NCBI GenBank assembly: GCA_943789005.1
Contig: CALSSL010000002.1
Span: forward strand, 141,716-205,715
Length of the DNA: 64,000 bases
DNA from: an uncultured SAR86 cluster bacterium
Lineage (GTDB): Bacteria > Pseudomonadota > Gammaproteobacteria > Magnimaribacterales > D2472
Direction: 5' to 3'
Below, in pieces: positions 41,227-50,099 of the stretch. Both the position numbers and the translations under genes were made by a program. The notes under the pieces are model-generated. The model did not search any database. It was not told the DNA's origin and saw nothing but the letters and a program-made list of their open reading frames with translations. The stretch's first letter is position 1. Each line of letters opens with the position of its first letter.

Positions 41227-42495
41227 TTATTCAGCTTCGATTCTAATAGATCTAATTGTCTTTACAGAATCTAAATTTAAAAGCTCTTTACTTAACAAAG
41301 AGTGATCCTTCTCTTTAAAGGGGTCAGTTATTAAAATAATAGGAACACTTTCACCATTCAATTCTTCTTTTTGCACAATTGATTCAATACCTACTTCTCT
41401 TGATGCAAGTAGTGATGTAATGGAAGCCATAACCCCTGGAATATCTAATGCTTCAATATAAAAATAATATTGGAAAATGAGTTCAGAAAAATCTGACATA
41501 GGTGGATTTATTCTATTGTTTAGTGCGCCAAAAGTATTTATATCTACTGAGGAATATAAATGTATTAAATCTGATATCAGGCCTGATGCTGTTGATTCTT
41601 GACCTGCTCCTGACCCTGCTATATGTAATTTTCCTATCAAATCAGTATCAATTTCCATACCATTTCTAACGCCTTTTAACTTGGCCAAATGAGAATTAAG
41701 ATTTATCAATGCAGGATGTGCTCTTAACTCAACCATACCGTTTTCTAGCTTTGCTACAGCAAGATGTTTTACTGTATATCCCATATCCATGGCATAGTGA
41801 AAATCACTCTTATCTATCTTTGTGATGCCTTCAATATGAAAATCTAATGGAGGCAACGGGGTTCTAAAGGCTAAAGAAGACAGAATGCCAATTTTATGTG
41901 CTGCATCCATTCCCTCTATGTCAAAAGTAGGATCAGGTTCTGCGTAGCCCTCTTCTTGAGCAAGCTTTAGTGTTGAATCAAAATCCTTACCTTCTTCCAT
42001 ATTTGAAAGAATAAAATTAGAGGTTCCGTTCAACATTCCAGAAATCTTTGAAACTTTATTTGCAGCTAGCTCCTCTTTTAATAATTTAATTATTGGTGTT
42101 CCTGCACATACTGATGATTCAAATAACACTCTGATTCCATGCTCTCTAGCAGACTGAAAAATCTCATCTCCATGATGGTAAATAACTGCTTTGTTAGCAG
42201 TTACAACATGTTTTTTATTCTTTATGGCCTTTAAAATAAGCTCTCTTGCAACCTCAACACCGCCTATAAGCTCTACAACAACGTCAATATCGTAATCTAA
42301 TACTGCAAAAATATCTCTCTCTATTGGAGTTTTACCAGGATCACATTTGGGGTTATCTCTTCTTGCGCCTATAACTTCAATTGAAAAATTAGCCCCAGAG
42401 TTTAATTTAATAGCTTCAGCATTTTCATTTACAGCTCTAAATAAGCCTGTAGCAACATTTCCCCACCCACAAATACCAACTTTAAGAGTTTTCAT
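41227..42495 (-). CDS. hom: Homoserine dehydrogenase (with C-terminal ACT domain)
   Basis: 422 aa with GICGWGNVATG, the catalytic-domain NGTSNFIL motif, and an ACT-like tail. Confidence 0.93.
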   Translation of the reverse strand: MKTLKVGICGWGNVATGLFRAVNENAEAIKLNSGANFSIEVIGARRDNPKCDPGKTPIERDIFAVLDYDIDVVVELIGGVEVARELILKAIKNKKHVVTANKAVIYHHGDEIFQSAREHGIRVLFESSVCAGTPIIKLLKEELAANKVSKISGMLNGTSNFILSNMEEGKDFDSTLKLAQEEGYAEPDPTFDIEGMDAAHKIGILSSLAFRTPLPPLDFHIEGITKIDKSDFHYAMDMGYTVKHLAVAKLENGMVELRAHPALINLNSHLAKLKGVRNGMEIDTDLIGKLHIAGSGAGQESTASGLISDLIHLYSSVDINTFGALNNRINPPMSDFSELIFQYYFYIEALDIPGVMASITSLLASREVGIESIVQKEELNGESVPIILITDPFKEKDHSLLSKELLNLDSVKTIRSIRIEAE

Positions 42496-43682
42496 TATAT
42501 TTCCATAGATAAAAAGTTTTTAATACCTCGTATTGCTTGCCTTGTTCTATGTTCATTTTCTATTAAAGAAAATCTAACATATTCATCTCCATCCATTCCA
42601 AAACCCGCACCTGGAGATACCGCAACTTGGGCATATTCAATAAGTAATTTACTAAATTCAAGAGAGCCAAGCTTTAAATACTTCTCGGGAATCTTTGCCC
42701 AAACAAACATTGTAGCAAGTGGTTTTTTAACATCCCAGCCAATTCTATTTAAACCATCACATAATTCGTTTCTTCTGCTTTGATACATTAAGCGAATTGA
42801 TTCAACATCACTATCACAATCATTAATTGCTTTAATTGCTGCAACTTGTATTGGGGTAAATGTTCCATAATCCAAATAAGATTTTATCTTAGTTAAAGCT
42901 TGAACTAATTCTGAATTACCACAACAAAATCCAACTCTCCAACCAGGCATATTATATGATTTAGATAATGTAAAAAACTCAATAGCTATATCTTTAGCTC
43001 CTCTCACTTCTAAGATAGATGGTGCTTTGTAACCATCGAATGTTATATCTGCATAGGCAAGATCATGAACAATCCAAATATCATACTTTTTACCAATCCC
43101 TACAATTTTTTTAAAGAAATCTATTGTTACTGACTGAGTTGTAGGATTAGATGGAAAGTTTATTATGACCATCTTTGGTTTTCTTGGTGCTTTTAGAATA
43201 GATTCTTCAATATCAGATAAGAATTCATCCTCATTATCTTTAAGTGTAACCGATTGAAGATTTGCTCCGGCAATAACAACACCGTAAGAATGAATTGGGT
43301 ATGTTGGAGACTGAACTAGCACCGTATCATCTATAGAAAGTGTAGCCAGTGATAGATGTGCTATTCCTTCTTTAGATCCCATGCAGGTAACTATTTCTTT
43401 TTCTTGATCTAGTTCAACATTATATTTTCTTGAATACCAGTTTTTGATAGCCTGACGCAACTTGGGCAGACCAGCAGACTGGGAATATCTATGAGTTGAT
43501 GGGTTTTTAACTGTTTCAATTAATTTATCAACTATTGGCGAAGGTGTTGCTTGATCCGGATTTCCCATTCCAAAATCAATAACGTCTTCACCACGAATTC
43601 TTGCTTCATATTTTAATGAATTAATTTTCGCAAAAATATAAGGGGGTAATTTTTTTGCATTTGTAAAATCTGAATCAGGCAT
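42495..43682 (-). CDS. Class I/II pyridoxal-phosphate aminotransferase (AlaC-like)
   Basis: 395 aa with LPPYIFAKIN...GEDVIDFGMGNPD, the SKSYNMPGWRVG PLP-Lys motif, and NPTT. Confidence 0.8.
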   Translation of the reverse strand: MPDSDFTNAKKLPPYIFAKINSLKYEARIRGEDVIDFGMGNPDQATPSPIVDKLIETVKNPSTHRYSQSAGLPKLRQAIKNWYSRKYNVELDQEKEIVTCMGSKEGIAHLSLATLSIDDTVLVQSPTYPIHSYGVVIAGANLQSVTLKDNEDEFLSDIEESILKAPRKPKMVIINFPSNPTTQSVTIDFFKKIVGIGKKYDIWIVHDLAYADITFDGYKAPSILEVRGAKDIAIEFFTLSKSYNMPGWRVGFCCGNSELVQALTKIKSYLDYGTFTPIQVAAIKAINDCDSDVESIRLMYQSRRNELCDGLNRIGWDVKKPLATMFVWAKIPEKYLKLGSLEFSKLLIEYAQVAVSPGAGFGMDGDEYVRFSLIENEHRTRQAIRGIKNFLSMEI

Positions 43683-43686
43683 GTTG

Positions 43687-44397
43687 TTATGATTTTAATT
43701 TTAATAAAAGCTCTTCAGGCTCAACATATCCTGGAAACATAACTCCATCCATGGAAAAAATTGCAGGAGTACCATTTACACCTAATTTCTGACCAATAAT
43801 ATATTGTTTAGAAACTGGCTGTGTGTCACAGAATGATAAATCTAAATTTTTATTATTTTTTAATTTAGAAATACTATCTTTTGGATTTTCAGAACACCAC
43901 GCTCCAACCATCTTGGTAAAAGCTGATGTACCCATGCCAGACCTTGGAAATGCAGCATAGTGAATTGATATACCTAACTTATTGTATTCTTCGATTTGGT
44001 TATGAAGCTTTCTGCAGTAACCACAATCAACATCAGTAAAAACAATTACAGAAAATTTCTCATTATCTGATTTAAATGAAATCAACTCATTTGAGGGAAT
44101 GTTATTAAGAATGAACTTTCTTTTTTCTGAAATACTGTCTTCGGTAACATTAGAGATTGAGTTATTATTTATATGATAGATGTCACCATAAATAAAGAAT
44201 GAGCCGTCTTTTGTAACATAGATAGGCTGAAGATCTCCATAATAGACCGCAAACATATCCTTAATAGGAGTGGGCTCAATTGATTCAATATTTGCTCCGT
44301 CAGGTAAAATATTTTTTATGCTATTTTTTATTTGCTCTTCTGATGAAGGTAGGGAAGCTGAAAATATAAAAATAAATGAAATAAATAAGTTTTTCAC
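43687..44397 (-). CDS. dsbC: Thiol:disulfide interchange protein DsbC
   Basis: Signal peptide, N-terminal dimerisation domain, and FTDVDCGYCRKLH active site. Confidence 0.88.
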   Translation of the reverse strand: MKNLFISFIFIFSASLPSSEEQIKNSIKNILPDGANIESIEPTPIKDMFAVYYGDLQPIYVTKDGSFFIYGDIYHINNNSISNVTEDSISEKRKFILNNIPSNELISFKSDNEKFSVIVFTDVDCGYCRKLHNQIEEYNKLGISIHYAAFPRSGMGTSAFTKMVGAWCSENPKDSISKLKNNKNLDLSFCDTQPVSKQYIIGQKLGVNGTPAIFSMDGVMFPGYVEPEELLLKLKS

Positions 44398-44398
44398 T

Positions 44399-45286
44399 TT
44401 AACCTCTGGGGTGATGTTTTTTAAGGATTTCGCCTAATCGTTGTTTTGCAATGTGAGTATATATTTGGGTTGTAGATAAGTCACTATGTCCGAGTAAAAT
44501 TTGAACAGATCTTAAGTCAGCGCCTCGATTTAAAAGATGCGTAGCAAAGGCATGTCTAAGTGTGTGTGGTGAAATAGATATTTTAAGATTTGCTCTTTTG
44601 ATATAGATTTTTATTCTTTGCCAAAAAGCGCCTCTTGATATTTTAGTTCCTCTATTACTAAGAAAAATTTCTTTTGATTTTAAATCTTTTCTATCTTTGA
44701 GATATAGGTTAATTGACTCAGCAGCCTTCTCACCAAAAGGAACCAGCCTCTCCTTAGACCCTTTGCCAAAAACTTTTAACACCGACCTGTTAACATCTAA
44801 GTCAGTTAATTTTAAATTTGTAAGCTCAGAAATTCTTATTCCAGTTGCATATAAAACCTCAATCATTGCTTTATCTCTTCTTTCAATTTGAATATTTAAA
44901 TCAGGACTATTTAAAAGTCTTTCTACTTCTTCTTCAGACATAGACACAGGAAGATATTTTTCTTGTTTAGGCATAACAATATCAGCAATAGGCGATTTCA
45001 TAATTATTTTCTTTTTTTGCAGAAAAATATAAAAAGATTTAATAGCTGAAATTTTTCTATTTACCGATGAACTTTTTAAACCATCACCAAATAATTTAGA
45101 AACGTAATTATTGGCATCAGAAGCATTGATGTTTAATGGGTTGAATGATTTTTTATCTAACCACAATAAAAATGATTTTATATCATTTTTATATGAACTA
45201 ACCGTATTATTTGAAAGACCTTTTTCGATATATAAAGAATCTAAAAAGGAATCAATCAAATGATCCTTTTTATTTTCTATAGTCAT
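44399..45286 (-). CDS. xerD: Site-specific tyrosine recombinase XerD
   Basis: 295 aa with the catalytic R...HTLRHAFATHLL...LLGHSDLSTTQIYTH pattern, in the conserved dsbC-xerD position. Confidence 0.92.
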   Translation of the reverse strand: MTIENKKDHLIDSFLDSLYIEKGLSNNTVSSYKNDIKSFLLWLDKKSFNPLNINASDANNYVSKLFGDGLKSSSVNRKISAIKSFYIFLQKKKIIMKSPIADIVMPKQEKYLPVSMSEEEVERLLNSPDLNIQIERRDKAMIEVLYATGIRISELTNLKLTDLDVNRSVLKVFGKGSKERLVPFGEKAAESINLYLKDRKDLKSKEIFLSNRGTKISRGAFWQRIKIYIKRANLKISISPHTLRHAFATHLLNRGADLRSVQILLGHSDLSTTQIYTHIAKQRLGEILKKHHPRG

Positions 45287-45290
45287 TTGA

Positions 45291-45966
45291 TTAATCTAAT
45301 CTTTCTTTGATTCTGGCGGATTTGCCTGATCTATCTCTTAGATAGAAAAGTTTAGCTTGTCTTACGTCACCTTTTCTCTTAACTTTAATAGAGTCTATTA
45401 ATGGGCTGTGTGTCTGGAAAGTTCTTTCCACACCAATTCCACTTGAAATTTTTCTAACTATAAAAGAAGAGTTAAGGCCGCCCTTTTTAACTCCCATTAC
45501 AACACCTTCAAAGGCCTGAAGTCTTGTTCTGTCACCTTCTTTAACTTTAACAGATACAACAATTGTATCTCCAGGTCTAAATGGTGGTATATCAGTTTTT
45601 AATTGCTTAGTTTCAAAATCATTAACAATCTGAGCAGGCGTTCTTTCTTTAAGCGATATAGATGGGGTGTTATCTGCTTCTTCAGCAACTACTTCTTCTT
45701 CAGCAGGAGCTTCTTCAGCAACTACTTCTTCTTCAGCAGGCTTCTTCAGCAACTACTTCTTCAGCAGGAGCTTCTTCAGCAACTACTTCTTCAGCAGGAG
45801 CTTCTTCAGCAACTACTTCTTCAGCAGGAGCTTCTTCAGCAACTACTTCTTCAGCAACTACTTCTTCAGCAACTACTTCTTCAGCAGGAGCTTCTTCAGC
45901 AACTACTTCCTCAGCAGAATCTTGCAATTCTTCGTTATTTTTATTTTCTTTGTCAGATTCGTTCAT
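45291..45966 (-). CDS. rplS: 50S ribosomal protein L19 with an N-terminal acidic-repeat extension (frame break near 45736-45748 inside the repeats)
   Basis: The conserved L19 core ([29 protein letters not shown]...) has no ATG/GTG/TTG next to it. As read, the ORF starts at a TTG inside the repeats (45752). The only ATG is at 45966 ([25 protein letters not shown]...). Confidence 0.85.
45676..45913 (-). repeat. Tandem array of about 15 units of 15/18 nt (GCAGGAGCTTCTTCA / GCAACTACTTCTT(CTT)CA on the plus strand), encoding APAEE / VVAE(E)E on the minus strand
   Basis: I tokenised it directly. All units are multiples of 3 except a 13-nt variant at 45736-45748. Confidence 0.95.
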
Positions 45967-45985
45967 TATATTTGCCTAAAAAGTG

Positions 45986-46714
45986 CTATAGGATATCCTT
46001 AGATTCCCATTCTTCCAAGAGTTTTTTTTGTTTTTTTGATAATTTTACCTTATTTATTAAATCTGGTCTTCTTAAGTGCGTTTGAATAAGCGATTTAGCA
46101 GCCTTCCAGGCCTCAATTTTACCATGATCACCAGATAAAAGAACTTTTGGGACTTCTAATTCTTCAAAGATTTCAGGTCGAGTATATGAAGGACCTTTTA
46201 AAAGACCATTAGAAAAAGAATCATTATCAACAGAATCCTTATTGCCGATAGTTCCGGGAAGATTTCTAGCAATTGAATCAATTAAGCATATTGCCGCATA
46301 TTCGCCACCGCTCATTATAAAATCTCCAATAGAGATCTCTTCATCAACATATTTATCTATAAATCTTTGATCAACACCTTCGTATCTTCCACATATCAGT
46401 GTTATAGATTTCATGGTTGAAAGCTCTTTAACTTTATCTTGAGTTAACTTTTTTCCTTGTGGTGATAAATAAATAACATGACCCTTATCTTGTTTTGGTA
46501 TATCTAAAATAGAGTCTTTTAAAGGTTCAGGCATCATTAGCATGCCTTCTCCACCACCATAAGGTTTAGCATCAATTTGTCCGTGTTTATTAATAGCATG
46601 TTTTCTTATGTCATAACAATTTAGAAAAAAATTATTATTAATTCCTTTTGAGACTACCCCATATTCAAATATTTTAAAGATTTCAGGAAAAATTGTGAGA
46701 ATATTAAATTTCAT
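45986..46714 (-). CDS. trmD: tRNA (guanine37-N1)-methyltransferase
   Basis: 242 aa with the SPOUT/TrmD motifs (ICGRYEGVDQR, SIGDFIMSGGE). Confidence 0.95.
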   Translation of the reverse strand: MKFNILTIFPEIFKIFEYGVVSKGINNNFFLNCYDIRKHAINKHGQIDAKPYGGGEGMLMMPEPLKDSILDIPKQDKGHVIYLSPQGKKLTQDKVKELSTMKSITLICGRYEGVDQRFIDKYVDEEISIGDFIMSGGEYAAICLIDSIARNLPGTIGNKDSVDNDSFSNGLLKGPSYTRPEIFEELEVPKVLLSGDHGKIEAWKAAKSLIQTHLRRPDLINKVKLSKKQKKLLEEWESKDIL

Positions 46715-46716
46715 GA

Positions 46717-47259
46717 TTAAAAACTTTTATCCCAATTTACAAAAATAGTTGACTCTTCTCTGTTGATTGATGAGATAAATTTATCGATTACAAATGGAAT
46801 TAATCTATTTTGATCATCTATGGATTCTTGTGTTGGTATTAATTCAAGGCAATCATTTGCGCCATAATTATTAAGGTTTTCTACAATACCTAAAATATCT
46901 TTAGATTTGACGTCTATTACCTTCATTCCTATCAATTCATACCAATAAGCCTCATTCTCTTCTGCCTCAGGTAAGGAATCCTTATTTATAAATATATTTA
47001 GGTTTGTATACTTCTTTATGGAATCGATATCATCGATACCAAAAATTTTGGCATACATTTTTGAATTAATTTTTTTTATATATTCAATTTTAAAATCTTT
47101 TATTAAATTATCTTGAATATAAAAACTATTGTAGTTAAGAAGATTTTCTTTTGGTGTGCAAAAAGAATTAATAAAAAATTCACCTATGAGGCCTCTTGGC
47201 TTGCCAACAGAGGCTATACAAATATAGTTACTTGATTCTGATTTATTTGCTTTCATCAT
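46717..47259 (-). CDS. rimM: 16S rRNA processing protein RimM
   Basis: The likely start is MMKANKSESSNYICIASVGKPRGLIGEF at 47259. The ORF-track start at 47310 is an out-of-frame repeat reading. PRC-barrel C-terminus. Confidence 0.88.
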   Translation of the reverse strand: MMKANKSESSNYICIASVGKPRGLIGEFFINSFCTPKENLLNYNSFYIQDNLIKDFKIEYIKKINSKMYAKIFGIDDIDSIKKYTNLNIFINKDSLPEAEENEAYWYELIGMKVIDVKSKDILGIVENLNNYGANDCLELIPTQESIDDQNRLIPFVIDKFISSINREESTIFVNWDKSF

Positions 47260-47291
47260 CTGAAGAGTCTTTATCCTTAGACTCTTCTTCA

Positions 47292-47737
47292 GCAGGAGCT
47301 TCTTCAGCAACTACTTCTTCTTCAGCAGGAGCTTCTTCAGCAGGAGCTTCTTCAGCAACTACTTCTTCTTCAGCAACTACTTCTTCTTCAGCAGGAGCTT
47401 CTTCAGCTAGGAGCTTCTTCAGCAACTACTTCTTCTTCAGCAGGAGCTTCTTCAGCAGGAGCTTCTTCAGCAGGAGCTTCTTCAGCAACTACCTTCTTCA
47501 GCAACTACTTCTTCTTCAGCAGGAGCTTCTTCAGCAGGAGCTTCTTCAGCAACTACTTCTTCTTCAGCAGGAGCTTCTTCAGCAGGAGCTTCTTCAGCAG
47601 GAGCTTCTTCAGCAGGAGCTTCTTCAGCAGGAGCTTCTTCAGCAACTATCTTCTTCAGCAACTACTTCTTCTTCAGCAGGAGCTTCTCTTCAGCAGGAGC
47701 TTCTTCAGCAACTACTTCTTCTTCAGCAGGAGCTTCT
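47292..47737 (-). repeat. Tandem array of about 28 units of the same 15/18-nt repeat between the rpsP core and rimM
   Basis: I tokenised it directly. There are four off-length units: 16 nt at 47406-47421, 16 nt at 47485-47500, 16 nt at 47642-47657 and 17 nt at 47676-47692. All other units are 15 or 18 nt. Confidence 0.95.
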
Positions 47738-48114
47738 CTGACTTCTGCCTTTGCAGCAGCTGCTTCAGCTGCTCTTTCCTCAGCTTCTTTGGCTAGTCTT
47801 GCTTCAATAGCTGCTTTTTTAGCATCTGCTTTTGCTTTTTTAGCATCTAATTTAGCTTTAAGTTCTTCTGGAGATAGATTTGCTTCTTTAACAAGAGTTT
47901 GCACTCTATCGCTAACTTGAGCACCTTTTGAAACCCATTCATTTAGTTTGTCTAGGTCAAGCCTTAATCTTTCTTCTTGACCGCTAGCAGAAGGATTAAA
48001 AAATCCTAATCTTTCAATGAATTTACCGTCTCTTGGGCGTCTTTCATCTGCAACAGTTATAAAGTAATAAGGGTTTTTCTTTGCCCCACTTCTTGCTAAT
48101 CTAATAATTACCAT
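47662..48114 (-). CDS. rpsP: 30S ribosomal protein S16 with a Lys/Ala/Glu-rich and acidic-repeat C-terminal extension (coordinates are the as-read ORF; the repeat frame can be followed to 47243)
   Basis: The conserved S16 core ([41 protein letters not shown]...) is followed by [17 protein letters not shown]... and then [11 protein letters not shown] repeats. The as-read stop follows an out-of-frame KLLLKKK. Confidence 0.9.
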   Translation of the reverse strand: MVIIRLARSGAKKNPYYFITVADERRPRDGKFIERLGFFNPSASGQEERLRLDLDKLNEWVSKGAQVSDRVQTLVKEANLSPEELKAKLDAKKAKADAKKAAIEARLAKEAEERAAEAAAAKAEVREAPAEEEVVAEEAPAEEKLLLKKK

Positions 48115-48218
48115 ATTTATTTATATTTTCTAAATGTTAAAAAAGATGTGTATTTTAGGTTAACCTTGATAATATTGATAGTATTAATATATAAAGTTTT
48201 CAATTATCCATAACTAAT

Positions 48219-48785
48219 ATGAATTTCATTACACAAGTAACTATATCTATAGTGCTTTATTTTATTGTAAGAACATCTATAAAAAGATCTTCATCTTTAT
48301 ATATATCAAGTCTTATTGCCTCGATATCTTACATATTGATGTATCTGTTTTTATATCAATCCATAACATTACTACCTACGATTCATTTTTTAGTTACAGG
48401 TTTAAGCTTAATAATTTTATTTATCTCCTACTATGAGATAGTTTTGCTTGAAAGAAATGTTAGAAAAATTAAATTAGGTCTTTTTGAAAATGTAGAATCT
48501 TATCCGATAGAAAGAGGTTATAGGCTTGTATTTAAAATATTAGGCGTGGGATTATTTTTCTTGTCGCTAGCATTAATTTCTGGTTTTGCTATTCAATCAA
48601 TATTTACTGATAATTTAATTGTAAAAACAATTTTTACTATTATTGCTTGGATTATCTACTTGCTGACAATCATAGGAATAAAATTTTTTAACTACCCAAT
48701 AAAATATGCCACAAGAGGCTTATTCGTTTCTATGTGGGCTGTTCTTATTGCCTATCTTGCTAACTCATATTTGATTTATAATTAG
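48219..48785 (+). CDS. Inner-membrane protein of the cytochrome c assembly (CcsA/YpjD-like) family
   Basis: 188-aa polytopic ORF divergent from rpsP, the same position as ypjD in E. coli. The sequence assignment is weak. Confidence 0.55.
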   Translation: MNFITQVTISIVLYFIVRTSIKRSSSLYISSLIASISYILMYLFLYQSITLLPTIHFLVTGLSLIILFISYYEIVLLERNVRKIKLGLFENVESYPIERGYRLVFKILGVGLFFLSLALISGFAIQSIFTDNLIVKTIFTIIAWIIYLLTIIGIKFFNYPIKYATRGLFVSMWAVLIAYLANSYLIYN

Positions 48786-48788
48786 TTA

Positions 48789-50042
48789 ATGCAATCAGAA
48801 CCCTCTTTGTTATTTTTATTTCTATCTTTAATTAGCTTGCTAATTTTAAGTGCTTTTTTCTCAGGCTCAGAGACTGGCATGATGGCTGTAAATAAAATTA
48901 AATTAAAAAACCTCTCAAAAAAACCGGACAGGGGGGCAAAAAGAGCACTAAAACTTCTTAAAACGCCTGATCTATTGCTGGCAACTATTCTGGTTGGAAA
49001 TAATTTTGCAAATATATTGGCCTCATCAATAGTTACCATAATAATGTTGAACTATTTTGGTGGTAATGTCTTGCTTGGCGCAGTTTTGTTAACAGCATTT
49101 ATACTTATTTTCTCTGAGATAACACCCAAAACAATGGCTGCTGTGAAACCTGAAAGTTTTGCTAGAAGATCATCTCTTTTACTAAAAATACTTCTGTATG
49201 TTCTTAGGCCTCTTATAGCTATAACAAACTATATAAGCTCAAAAGTTCTAAAGATTTTCAATATAGATGTTGAAGATGCTAAAGATAATGACAATCTGAA
49301 CACTCAAGAGCTCAAAACTTTATTAGATGAATCTGGTGATCTAATACCAAAACAATATAGAGGTATGCTTTCTTCTATTTTAGGAATGGAGGAACTTGTA
49401 GTTGAAGATATCATGACGCCCACTTCTGAAGTTATAGGTATTGATATTGATTTAGGCTATAAGGAAAATAAAGACGTTATAGAGTCTTCAGAATATACTA
49501 GACTTCCAGTTTTTAAGAGCTCTATTGATAATGAGCTTGGTACTCTTCATTTAAAAGATTCGCATGACTTTTTGGATAAGATTGAATCTAAAAAAGATGT
49601 TCGTAGTGAATTATCAAAAACTTACTTTGTATCTCAATCAACTGCTTTAATGAAACAGTTAAAAGAGTTTCAAGATAATGATAAAAATATGGCACTGGTT
49701 GTGGATGAGTATGGAGAAATTCAAGGTTTAATAACAATTGAAGATATTTTTAAAGAAATTGCAGGCAAGTTTGGTAGTGATAGGGTTGAGCTCGAAAAAG
49801 AGTTTATTAAGTTAAAGGATGGATCAATTTTAACAGACGGCAACTCTCGGATTCGCGATTTAAACAACTACTTGGATTGGTCTATACCTGAAGAAAATTC
49901 AAAAACTATAAATGGACTTATAACAGAATATTTAGATCAAATACCTCAAGCTAATTTATGTATTGAAATACAAAATTATAGATTTGAGGTTTTGGAGATT
50001 GATGAAAATTCAATATCAAAAATTAAAATAAAAAAGAATTAG
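48789..50042 (+). CDS. CNNM/CorB-type transporter (DUF21 membrane domain, CBS pair and CorC_HlyC domain)
   Basis: 417 aa. The N-terminal 4 TM helices carry the SGSETGMMAV motif, followed by a CBS pair and a C-terminal CorC/HlyC domain. Confidence 0.88.
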   Translation: MQSEPSLLFLFLSLISLLILSAFFSGSETGMMAVNKIKLKNLSKKPDRGAKRALKLLKTPDLLLATILVGNNFANILASSIVTIIMLNYFGGNVLLGAVLLTAFILIFSEITPKTMAAVKPESFARRSSLLLKILLYVLRPLIAITNYISSKVLKIFNIDVEDAKDNDNLNTQELKTLLDESGDLIPKQYRGMLSSILGMEELVVEDIMTPTSEVIGIDIDLGYKENKDVIESSEYTRLPVFKSSIDNELGTLHLKDSHDFLDKIESKKDVRSELSKTYFVSQSTALMKQLKEFQDNDKNMALVVDEYGEIQGLITIEDIFKEIAGKFGSDRVELEKEFIKLKDGSILTDGNSRIRDLNNYLDWSIPEENSKTINGLITEYLDQIPQANLCIEIQNYRFEVLEIDENSISKIKIKKN

Positions 50043-50099
50043 TTCTTTGCTACTTTAATTACAATAAAGGCATAATAGCTCCAATAATAATTAATTTAA

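Noticed and set aside
44399-45286. Tyrosine recombinase as a marker of a mobile element
   Set aside because: It is a XerD-type sequence in the conserved dsbC-xerD-rplS chromosomal context, with no att repeats or phage/transposon genes.
45603-46085. Plus-strand ORFs across the repeat arrays reading [20 protein letters not shown] or [10 protein letters not shown]. These are 45603..46085, 45662..45979, 45667..46002 and 47196..47741.
   Set aside because: The repeat unit has no stop codon in any frame, so every frame looks open. Only the minus-strand AEE frame is continuous with the flanking rpsP and rplS coding sequences.
47292-47737. Tandem repeats as a possible CRISPR array
   Set aside because: The units are 15-18 nt and directly abutting, with no unique spacers and no cas genes. 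The periodicity is codon-based.
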